A stretch of 64,000 nt of DNA, from the NCBI GenBank assembly GCA_049659625.1, contig JBASPX010000078.1:4128-68127 (forward strand), given 5' to 3'. The translations under genes and the position numbers were made by a program. Below the pieces are notes generated by a model that searched no databases, was not told the origin of the DNA, and worked only from the letters and a program-made list of their open reading frames with translations. This document shows positions 1 through 8,249 of the stretch, piece by piece (within the stretch, counting starts at the first letter, position 1; each line of letters begins with the position of its first letter). The DNA comes from Candidatus Saccharicenans sp. (GTDB lineage Bacteria; Acidobacteriota; Aminicenantia; Aminicenantales; Saccharicenantaceae).

Positions 1-1267
1 AAATCCACAGGTCGTCGGGCGAGCTGCCTGTCTTGACCGGAAAAATATAATGCTGACCCGGAGGCAGATTGGCAATTACCACCTGATTCTGCGTTCCGTC
101 CGGGCGCATTTTGCTCAAAATAGTTTCGGTCGTGTAAAATAGCCATCCTTCCGCCAGCGCCAGCGTGTTAATTTTCATCGATTGATTATAATTCCTGAAC
201 AGTGTATCAATCTTTAATTTTGGCCAGTCGCTTAAAGCTCCAACTCTTTTTATGGAATCTTCTGTCTCATCAATCAGGTAGACATCGGTCGGAATGGCCA
301 CCGTACCGCCAACTCCCGACATAAGCATGGCGTAAGGAATAAAGATTCTGGCTTTGCTGGTTAACGAAGCCGCAGCCGACATATCCTGGCTGTTTTTCTT
401 AAAAGCCAGGGTGAAATTTCCAATTATGGAATATATAAACCAGTTGCCGTCGCCGTAAAATTTATAAAGGTTAGCTCTTGAGCTCCAATCGATAACCTTT
501 TTATCCTGCCCTTCAAAGTTAAAGTGGTAAATCGCAAACCCCCCGTCGGGATTAAGAGAGCGATAATACACCCTTTCATATGCTAATAGAACATCTGTCG
601 ACCGAGTATTGGGTGTCAGATTGCGCACGTTTTCACCGTATATGTCAACGGATTCAACATAATAATCCCCGGCCAGATAAAATATTTTCCCCCCGGAAAC
701 ATTAATGTAAGAGGTAACGGCAGAGTTGAGCCTCTGTTTGCCGCTCCCATCCAGCTTCATTTTATAAAGAAACATATTATCGGAAGGGTTGGCAAAATAT
801 ATCCAGTCATTCTGCACAGCCATATACCCTGAGTTGGCCAGATGGCTGAAGCTGTTACCGAAAGGAAAATTGGGGTATTCAACCCTGACCTCACAGCGGG
901 CCTTTAACCCGTTTGCCTTTGTGGTGGCAGTAATCACAGCCTGACCGTGTTTGACCGGAATCAGGTTTCCGTTATTGTCCACCGTGACCACGTTCGGGTC
1001 ACTCGATTCCCAGATAACCGCCTTGCTGGTGGCATTATCAGGGATCACGGTGGCTTTAAGCTGGTAACCTTCTTTATAGGTATTCTGCCCCTGAGTTCTC
1101 AAGAACAAATAAACATGGCTTTTGTTCAGAGAAATAGCCGTTGGTTCAACAATATCAATTTTTTTGATCTGTTCGGTTTTTTTCTGAACCGGTGTGACCA
1201 CCTGAGCCAAACCGGCAGCCCGGACCAGAAGACCACAAAAAACCATCACGATAAAAACTTTCTTCAT
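1..1267 (-). CDS. Secreted protein with N-terminal signal peptide, Big_2 (bacterial Ig-like) domain and beta-propeller-like repeats. The C-terminus runs off the window edge.
   Basis: Reverse-strand ATG at 1265-1267 preceded by a GGAAAGGAAG SD-like box. Translation MKKVFIVMVFCGLLVRAAG... has a signal peptide followed by a Big_2-like segment (ATVIPDNATSKAVIWESSDPNVVTVDNNGNLIPVKHGQAVITATT). The open frame continues to position 1. Confidence 0.6.
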   Translation of the reverse strand, partial: MKKVFIVMVFCGLLVRAAGLAQVVTPVQKKTEQIKKIDIVEPTAISLNKSHVYLFLRTQGQNTYKEGYQLKATVIPDNATSKAVIWESSDPNVVTVDNNGNLIPVKHGQAVITATTKANGLKARCEVRVEYPNFPFGNSFSHLANSGYMAVQNDWIYFANPSDNMFLYKMKLDGSGKQRLNSAVTSYINVSGGKIFYLAGDYYVESVDIYGENVRNLTPNTRSTDVLLAYERVYYRSLNPDGGFAIYHFNFEGQDKKVIDWSSRANLYKFYGDGNWFIYSIIGNFTLAFKKNSQDMSAAASLTSKARIFIPYAMLMSGVGGTVAIPTDVYLIDETEDSIKRVGALSDWPKLKIDTLFRNYNQSMKINTLALAEGWLFYTTETILSKMRPDGTQNQVVIANLPPGQHYIFPVKTGSSPDDLWI

Positions 1268-1478
1268 GCTTCCTTTCCCTTGATAAATTTCGGCGGTAAG
1301 AAAATGTGTTATTTTCTAACCCCAGCCCATATTAAAAAATCATGTTCAATAAGTCAAGCCCGATTTCAGGTTGAAAAAAACGCTAAAGAAATAACTTCAA
1401 TTTCGATGATTTGACCTTAAAACAGGATTATAATAAGGATGAGCTTTATAAGGTAAAGACAGACGGACGGTTGTTTAC

Positions 1479-3575
1479 ATGAAAACACGAAGAACTGAGC
1501 GAGCCGGTTTCATTCCTGCCTCCTTGATATTACTGTATCTGCTGCTTTCAGCTGCCCTGCTGGCCCAGGAAGAAACCATTCAATTCAGGCCAAAACACGA
1601 AATATCGGTAACACTGAAGTTAATCCAGGTTTATGTCACCGACAGCAAAGGACATCCGGTAACCGACCTGGGGAAGAGCGATTTTGAAGTTTATGATAAC
1701 GGGCAGAGAAAAACTATCACCGAATTTGAAAGACACCTCCATTCATTCCTTCTGCCACAGGAAAAGCAGGAAGGTGTCTCCCTTGCTTCTGCCGAAACTC
1801 AGGAAATTGCCAGCCGCAAATTCTTCCTGCTTTTTGATTTTGTTTACAACAACCCGAAGGGACTCAGGGCCACCCGCGAAGCCGCCCTTCATTTTCTCGA
1901 CAGAATCAGCCAGCCGACAGACGAGGTCGGTATCATCACCTACTCCCTGGAAGGTGGCCTGGCCGTAAGAGAATACCTGACGCGCGACCATCGGAAAATT
2001 CGCAAATTTGTTGAATCGATCGGTCTGAAGAACTACCAGAGCAGCGTGGAAAACCTGGAACTGCGCTACTGGAGGCAGGCCAACGACGAAAACCCGCTCG
2101 ACGTCAGCGAGCGGGGAGCCGTGGGCGCCGGCATCTGGTCCGGTTCCGAAAAAGACCCGATCATAGACCTGCCAAACGTCTCCGACGAAATGAAAAGAGC
2201 TTTTATGACATCAGAAAGTCGGGTTCAGGCCCTGACCTTCCTGAAAGAAATGACCAGGCTGTCCAGGGCTCTTAGCTACATTCCGGGTATCAAACATCTT
2301 CTCCTTTTTTCCGCCGGCATCCCGTATTCTCTGTTCTATGGAATTCAGACCCAGGGCCAGGGCGAGAGAAACTGGAGGCATGACTGGGGCCAGACCCAGC
2401 TCCAGCATTATCTTGAAGACATGCAGAAAGCCATCAGCCACGCCAACCTGGTGGTTTATGCTTTCGACACAGAAGACAGCGCGGCCAGAATAAATCAGGA
2501 TATAAGATTAACCGGCATACTGACTCTGGGCAAGGTGGCTGATTACTCTGGCGGAAAATATTTCGGCAACATCCACAATTACAGCAAAGGGATGGAAGAA
2601 GTTCAGCAGATTACCGGCTGTTATTACGTCCTCGGTTATTACGTGGATGAAAAATGGGACGGACAGTATCACGAAATCAAGGTGAAGGTTAACCGACCCA
2701 GGGTTAAAGTCTACGCTCAGAAAGGCTATTTCAACCCCAGACCTTTTAACGAACTGTCGGCCGTGGAAAAACAGCTTCATCTCGTAGACCTCTGCCTGAG
2801 CGAAAAGCCAATGCTTCAGGAACCGCTGACGCTCAAAAGCGGCGGGTTCACTTACCACGAAAAGAGGAAGGAAAACCTGATTCTCTGGACACGGTTAATC
2901 AAAGACGAGATAGAAAAGCTCGCCGGAAACAAACTCGAGCTCATTTTTATCGTTTTTGACAGAGAATCTCAGATTAAGGCTTTTGAGCGGAAAAAGATAA
3001 AGCTGAGCTCACTGCCCGAGGCTGAAGCGGGCTCGGTTTATTTTTCGCCCCCGCTGGAAGTGCCGGCCGGCAGTTACCGCTGCCGGGTGGTGATCAGGAA
3101 TCTGGAAAACGGCAAATCGGCGCTCGGTAGCACCGATTTCACTCTGGGCGAAAGCCGGACGGAAGCAATGGTACTCGGGATGCCTTTGCTGCTTGTGTAT
3201 GATCAGATTGCAGTTTATGAAAACACTCCAGCCTTTTTCCCGCCCGGCCTCAGCCGGTACCTGCCTGCAGGCTCTAAGCTGAAGGCAGGAGCGGAAGAAT
3301 TTTATCTTCTCACCACCTGCGCTTCCCCTGCTCTGGAAAGCCCTCTCCTGGAGTTTAACTGCATAATCCTTCGCGCCGGGGAGAAGGTGACCTCGGTTGT
3401 CCCATCTAATACGGTGCCTGTATCAGCCACAAAAAAATCAGACCTTCAGACCTACCTTCTCAGGATAAAAACTGAACCTCTCCCGCCGGGCAATTACTAC
3501 CTTTACCTTCATGCCACAGAGAAAAAAACCGGCACCCGGGCCACCCGCCACCTTAATCTTCAGGTCTCTGAGTGA
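1479..3575 (+). CDS. von Willebrand factor A domain protein (VWFA-related Acidobacterial domain type), secreted
   Basis: 698-aa ORF with a signal peptide. The N-terminal pattern (KLIQVYVTDSKGHPVTDLGKSDFEVYDNGQRKTITEFE) is typical of the TIGR03436-like VWA family, followed by a VWA-like core. Confidence 0.7.
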   Translation: MKTRRTERAGFIPASLILLYLLLSAALLAQEETIQFRPKHEISVTLKLIQVYVTDSKGHPVTDLGKSDFEVYDNGQRKTITEFERHLHSFLLPQEKQEGVSLASAETQEIASRKFFLLFDFVYNNPKGLRATREAALHFLDRISQPTDEVGIITYSLEGGLAVREYLTRDHRKIRKFVESIGLKNYQSSVENLELRYWRQANDENPLDVSERGAVGAGIWSGSEKDPIIDLPNVSDEMKRAFMTSESRVQALTFLKEMTRLSRALSYIPGIKHLLLFSAGIPYSLFYGIQTQGQGERNWRHDWGQTQLQHYLEDMQKAISHANLVVYAFDTEDSAARINQDIRLTGILTLGKVADYSGGKYFGNIHNYSKGMEEVQQITGCYYVLGYYVDEKWDGQYHEIKVKVNRPRVKVYAQKGYFNPRPFNELSAVEKQLHLVDLCLSEKPMLQEPLTLKSGGFTYHEKRKENLILWTRLIKDEIEKLAGNKLELIFIVFDRESQIKAFERKKIKLSSLPEAEAGSVYFSPPLEVPAGSYRCRVVIRNLENGKSALGSTDFTLGESRTEAMVLGMPLLLVYDQIAVYENTPAFFPPGLSRYLPAGSKLKAGAEEFYLLTTCASPALESPLLEFNCIILRAGEKVTSVVPSNTVPVSATKKSDLQTYLLRIKTEPLPPGNYYLYLHATEKKTGTRATRHLNLQVSE

Positions 3576-3608
3576 AGCTAAGCCAATAACAGGGATCGGA
3601 ACTGGCTA

Positions 3609-5939
3609 TCACTCGATTATTTCTTCTGGCGATCTGGGCATGAATGAAGGCCGTGGTTCGGGCAGCTTTATGTCCAGCCTGTTCCAGTCTGGCGGATTTA
3701 CCCCCAGCAGATGCCTGACAAAAAAGTCATTCCTTTTTCTTTCACCGTAGATTCCGCCCGAACCGTGATTGGCGCCGGGCACAACTAATAGCTCGAAATC
3801 TTTGCCTGCTTTAATCAACGCATTAACCACCTGGTAAGTGCTCGAAGGGTCGACGTTGGTATCAAGCTCCGGCACCATCAACAGAAGTTTTCCGCGCAGA
3901 CGATGGGCATTAACCGTGTTGGAAGAGGCTTCATATTCCGGACCCACCGGCCAGCCCATCCACTGCTCATTCCACCAGATTTTGTCCATGCGGTTATCAT
4001 GGCAACCGGCAGCCGCAAATCCTACCTTATAAAATTCAGGATGAAACAGCAGCGCCGCCATGGCATTCTGACCGCCAGCCGAGGTGCCGTAAATGCCAAC
4101 CCGGCTGATATCATAATAAGGATACTTCGCGGCCACCGCTTTATGCCAGAGAATCCGGTCGGGGAAACCGGCGTCTTTAAGATTTTTCCAGCAGACATCA
4201 TGAAAAGCTTTTGAACGATTGCTGGTGCCCATGCCGTCTATCTGAACCACGATGAAGCCGAGCTCGGCTAAGGACATCATCTGATTCCAGGCAAAAAAGC
4301 TCTTCGGAACGAAGGAGCTGTGAGGACCGGCGTAGATGTATTCAATTACCGGGTATTTTTTCTTCGGGCTGAAATTGGATGGCCGGATGATGACGCCCCA
4401 GATATCAGTGCGGCCGTCGCGTCCCCTGGCCGAAAAAACTTCCGGAGCCTTCCAGCCGGCCTTCAAAAGCTCAGTGATATCGGCTTTCTCCAGCTCCAGA
4501 AGAACTTTTCTGTCTTCGGTACGCCTGAGTTTCATCTCGGGCGCCAGATCAACGCGGGAGTAAAGGTCAACGTAATATTTGAGGTCCGGCGAAAGGATTA
4601 CTGTATGATTGGCATCAGCTTCGGTGAAAGCCTCAAGACCGCTCCCGTCGAAATTAACGCGGTAAAGATGCAGAAAATAAGGATCTTTGCCGGGATACAT
4701 CCCGCTTCCCAGAAACCAGATCTGACGGTGTTCTTCGTCAACCCGCAGCACGCTGCGCACCACCCACTCACCTCTGGTAATCTGATTTTTTACCTGGCCG
4801 GTCTGCCCGTCATAAAGATAAAGGTGGTTCCAGCCGTCCCGCTCCGACATCCAGATTATTTCTTTCCCATCAGCCAGGTCATAGCGATACTTTTTGCTGG
4901 AATAACAGAAGAAAGTCGGACTCTCCTCGTTGATGACAACTCTGGACTTGCCGGTGAGGGCTTCGACCTCAATTACCCGGTAAACCTGATGTCCGCGCTG
5001 ATTGTACTCAAAAGTGAAAGCCCGGCTGTCCTTGCGCCAGGAAAAATCAGTGAGACTGTAAGGGTTGGGGAAAAAAGAATTATCAATATCAATCTGTTTC
5101 CTGCTCTCTATAAGGAACAGCACCGGCTGCGGTACGGGGAGCGGATCTCCCGGCTTGGTGTAAGCTAAGGAGAAATATTTCGGCTGAAGCTGGTCCGACG
5201 GCGAAGATTCCACATAATGAACCAGCCGGCGGAAACCCGGACGAAGGCGCACGGCCACCAGCTTTTTCGAATCGGGCGACCAGAGGAGCGATTGATAGGT
5301 GTAATAATTTCCCTCGCTTCCATCATAGCTCAGAGGAAACTCTTCTTTGCTCTCTGTAGAGCGCAGCCAGACGTTGTAATTGCGGATAAAAGCTTCCCAC
5401 TTTCTGTCAGGCGAAGCCTTGCTCTCAGCGGAAGCGGCCTGAGCCGGCAGACCGCTCATGTCCTGCCAGCCGTCCCGCTGGCCCGGACGAACTCGAGCCG
5501 GTCCCGCTTTTCTGAGTTCGTATTTCGTCAGGTCGCAGCGCCAGACGGAATCCTGGAACTCAAACTCAATAAATTTTTCATCCTCGACAAATCTGATTGA
5601 CCTGAAAGGCAGGGTGAGAGCGGTAAACTTCTCTCCTGTTTCTTTATTGAGAGCAGCGGCCAGTCTCTCATGGTCAAAAGCGGGCGCTTTGGTCAGTTTT
5701 TCTGCGTCCACCAGGATGAATTCATGGCCACCCTTAACCGTCTTGCGGTACCAGAAACGGGGAGTCTTCTCAATCCAGACCGGTGCCTCCGGCAGGTTAT
5801 AGACAAGGCTTTCATACTTTTCCCTGAGGCTCCAGGCCCTCTGGTAATCCTCAAGCTTTCCCTGAGCGGGAGCCGGGATGGTTAAGAAAACCAGAAGCAG
5901 AATCAAACTTACCAGTAATGATCTGAAATGTTTTTTCAT
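3609..5939 (-). CDS. S9 family serine peptidase, dipeptidyl-peptidase IV-like (beta-propeller plus alpha/beta hydrolase)
   Basis: 776-aa ORF with a signal peptide and a GxSxGG nucleophile motif (GTSAGG). The C-terminal Asp/His region (PGANHGSG) matches the prolyl oligopeptidase/DPP IV C-terminus. Confidence 0.8.
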   Translation of the reverse strand: MKKHFRSLLVSLILLLVFLTIPAPAQGKLEDYQRAWSLREKYESLVYNLPEAPVWIEKTPRFWYRKTVKGGHEFILVDAEKLTKAPAFDHERLAAALNKETGEKFTALTLPFRSIRFVEDEKFIEFEFQDSVWRCDLTKYELRKAGPARVRPGQRDGWQDMSGLPAQAASAESKASPDRKWEAFIRNYNVWLRSTESKEEFPLSYDGSEGNYYTYQSLLWSPDSKKLVAVRLRPGFRRLVHYVESSPSDQLQPKYFSLAYTKPGDPLPVPQPVLFLIESRKQIDIDNSFFPNPYSLTDFSWRKDSRAFTFEYNQRGHQVYRVIEVEALTGKSRVVINEESPTFFCYSSKKYRYDLADGKEIIWMSERDGWNHLYLYDGQTGQVKNQITRGEWVVRSVLRVDEEHRQIWFLGSGMYPGKDPYFLHLYRVNFDGSGLEAFTEADANHTVILSPDLKYYVDLYSRVDLAPEMKLRRTEDRKVLLELEKADITELLKAGWKAPEVFSARGRDGRTDIWGVIIRPSNFSPKKKYPVIEYIYAGPHSSFVPKSFFAWNQMMSLAELGFIVVQIDGMGTSNRSKAFHDVCWKNLKDAGFPDRILWHKAVAAKYPYYDISRVGIYGTSAGGQNAMAALLFHPEFYKVGFAAAGCHDNRMDKIWWNEQWMGWPVGPEYEASSNTVNAHRLRGKLLLMVPELDTNVDPSSTYQVVNALIKAGKDFELLVVPGANHGSGGIYGERKRNDFFVRHLLGVNPPDWNRLDIKLPEPRPSFMPRSPEEIIE

Positions 5940-6647
5940 ATTTATCCCTCCAGAGTCCTCAATTTGTATTTGACCTGAGGTTGACCCTGATAATTTAGAA
6001 AAAATCTAAACTATATAAACCGATTAAGGTTCCTATTTTTTAAAAAAGGCGAAATATGTCAAGATAATTCTTCTTTCAAAGTTATCACACAGCATCCAGT
6101 TCAAAAGGAGTATCTGGATGCGTCATGGAGGTTAACAGGTAGAAACCGCAGGCGGCCTGAACCTTGAAACTTAATCCAGCTTCCGGCGCTGTTCGGCCTG
6201 CGTTTGCCGGGCCTGGAAGAAGGAGAGAATTTTTCAAGATTCATGAAGACCTGGAAAGCCGGCGCCAAACCCGAAGACAGTTCTGCCGTTCGCATGCTAT
6301 CCTGATAGGAGCCTCTAATTTTCATATAAATCAGCTTTCAGGTTAATAAAGGCTTTAGAAATAAAAATGATGAATATTCATCCTTACTTTTATCAGCGTA
6401 GCCGCGGGCATTGTTGCTGCCATCTTCATAACAGATTACGTTTCAAAACAAGAAGTAAAAATAAATTATTTCCTGCAGCCAATCAGGATCTTCAAGTATT
6501 TTCAGGATTATAAGCGCCTGAGGCTGGAAGAAAAGGGAAAGGTCGGGCCCTGGTATCATATTCTAAGGCGTGGGATGGCCCCGCGCCCTTATCTCCAGCC
6601 TGGTTTTTCTCATCCTGAAGGGTATCGGGCACATTAGGTAAACGGGC

Positions 6648-6932
6648 TCAGCCGCCGCCCATCATCGGAAAGATGGCCAGGACCGAATGGTCTTCGAGCC
6701 GGCGGGAATTCAGAGCTTCGGCCGGCACAACCGAACCGTTGACCATAATCACCACCTGGGGTTTTAGCTGCTCACCCTGAAACAATTCTTCCCGCTGCTG
6801 CTCTGTCTCAATCACACGGTTCAAAACATCTTTCAGGGTACTGCCCTTTTCCACCGCCAGTTCCTTCTCCCTGGCGCCAAATATTTCACGAAAGTAGGCA
6901 AAGAATTTAATCTTTACTCTGACTGCGGACAT
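6648..6932 (-). CDS. MoaD/ThiS-family ubiquitin-like sulfur carrier protein
   Basis: 94-aa ORF ending in ...PMMGGG (C-terminal Gly-Gly) with a beta-grasp-like pattern (VKIKFFAYFREIFG...VMVNGSVV). Confidence 0.6.
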   Translation of the reverse strand: MSAVRVKIKFFAYFREIFGAREKELAVEKGSTLKDVLNRVIETEQQREELFQGEQLKPQVVIMVNGSVVPAEALNSRRLEDHSVLAIFPMMGGG

Positions 6933-7203
6933 GACCGTCTCTCTTGTTCTTAACCACCATATTTCTGAGACGGGAAGAATTTTATCACATTCAACTGTCT
7001 TTCTTATAATAAACGATCGCCTTCATCTCCTGTCCGTTAAGTTTCCTTTTCAGGATGAGGAAAAATTCAGAGAATAAATCCCGATAATATTGGCCGGAGC
7101 TCTTATCGTCTGAAAAGAGTTCCAGCGTTAACGCCCGGAAATCAAAGCTTCTATTAGCCTTTTCAAAGGTGCCATGCAGGAAACATCTTCCTTTATGTAA
7201 GTT

Positions 7204-7318
7204 GGGACGGTGAATTCAGGAGACAGGCGGCGTGTCTCCGTACCGCGCGCAGCGAAAGGGGTTCCCCACGGGGGATGGATGGAGCGAGGACGGGAGGAGG
7301 CGCGCCGTGACAGGACCC
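7204..7318 (+). repeat. Copy A of a GC-rich structured element of about 100 nt (candidate ncRNA or cis-regulatory RNA), with an 18-nt insertion relative to copy B
   Basis: About 85% identical to 47857-47953 over the core gtctccg...cgcgcgcagcg(a/g)aaggggttcccc(a/g)cgggg...cgggaggaggcgc(g/a)ccgtgacaggaccc. A closing helix GGGACGG/CCGU..CCC and an internal CCCC-loop-GGGG hairpin can be drawn. It is about 70% GC in an otherwise AT-richer spacer. Confidence 0.5.
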
Positions 7319-7527
7319 TGCGGGACAAGAGCCGACAGAGGAACAGCAAGAACGTACGGGCTTGATGGCGGCCGGCCGCATGCGCTTTTCCGTTACAATC
7401 AAAATATAACCACGCTGATTCTTTCCCTCTCCTTTTTCTTTAATCTTTTCAAAACATGGATTATGATATTGCCCTGAAATCGTTTTTTAGAAATTTTAAG
7501 AAAAACAGATTAAAAATTAATACTGAT

Positions 7528-8169
7528 ATGAGGAAGTTAGTTATGGTAAATAGAATTGCCTTCATGGGAGTTATTCTTCTAGCTTCATTCCTTATTTTTC
7601 AGAGCTGCACCTCACTGACCGACCTTGCCGACAGCCTGTCCAGGCTGCACCATCTTCAATTCAAGCTGGAGGGAGTCGAAGGTTTTTCCATCGCTGGCAT
7701 ACCAGTAAGCAATAAAACTGGAATCAATGATTTTTCGCTCCAGGACAGTCTGAAGCTGGCTCAGCTCTTCAAGTCCAGGCAAATGCCCGTTGAGTTCGTT
7801 ATTAAAGTGGCCATCCGAAACCCGAACGACGGATCTGCCGGCAGGTTAAAAGTGAATGCCACCCTGCTCGGTCTATCCGCCAGATTGCTGATCGACAACC
7901 AGCCCACAGTTTTCGGTGAGATTGAAAGCCCGGTGGAGATTCCAGGCACCGGAGAGGCCACCTTAATCCCGATAAAATTCAGCCTTGACCTTTTTGAATT
8001 CTTCGGGAATCAGGGGCTCGACCGACTGCTGCAGTTAGCTTTAGCCATCGGCGGGCGAAACGGCAGCAGCTCGCGCCTGGCTCTTGACGTTCAACCCAGA
8101 GTGAGCACACCTTTCGGCGAATTAAAATACCCGGGGCGGTTGATAATAGTGGATAAAGAATTCCGTTAA
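7528..8169 (+). CDS. Hypothetical lipoprotein (possible LEA_2/NDR1-HIN1-like fold). Alternative start at 7456.
   Basis: ORF 7456-8169. The internal Met at 7528 gives MRKLVMVNRIAFMGVILLASFLIFQSC..., a signal peptide with a lipobox-like Cys. No strong domain signature. Confidence 0.5.
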   Translation: MRKLVMVNRIAFMGVILLASFLIFQSCTSLTDLADSLSRLHHLQFKLEGVEGFSIAGIPVSNKTGINDFSLQDSLKLAQLFKSRQMPVEFVIKVAIRNPNDGSAGRLKVNATLLGLSARLLIDNQPTVFGEIESPVEIPGTGEATLIPIKFSLDLFEFFGNQGLDRLLQLALAIGGRNGSSSRLALDVQPRVSTPFGELKYPGRLIIVDKEFR

Positions 8170-8249
8170 TGTTTATATATTCAGGCTCGGGTAAGTTTCG
8201 TTCGGGCCGGGTGGATTGAACTGATTCTGCCAGTTAACCGGGAAGCATC

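Noticed and set aside
947-1414. 155-aa + ORF at the start of the window
   Set aside because: Overlaps and is antisense to the Big_2-domain gene, whose reverse-strand start at 1267 has a good SD and signal peptide.
4320-5168. 282-aa + strand ORF inside the S9 peptidase gene, and similar long antisense ORFs (13149-13943 in pilB, 29601-30563 and 30762-31511 in nuoF-like, 26887-27549 in glnA, 37420-38223 in ispH, 44994-45740 in the aminopeptidase gene, 40749-41411 and 41502-42425 in ppiD-like)
   Set aside because: All lie entirely within, and antisense to, genes with strong family signatures. Long spurious antisense ORFs are expected at this GC content. None has an RBS or recognizable motifs.
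6933-7203. Possibility that structured element A is a Moco riboswitch in the minus-strand leader of the MoaD-like gene
   Set aside because: Copy B has no molybdopterin-related gene nearby in either orientation, and I cannot match the sequence to the Moco RNA motif from memory. The + strand leader-of-exported-protein geometry fits both copies better. Left open for an Rfam check.
7193-7402. Minus-strand ORFs 7193-7402 and 47825-48052 share the peptide SCHGAPPPVLA, suggesting a conserved small protein
   Set aside because: The shared peptide just reflects the conserved DNA element. Downstream of it the two copies differ by a 1-nt indel that frameshifts the reading frames relative to each other, so no ORF is conserved. 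Interpreted as an RNA or DNA element instead.
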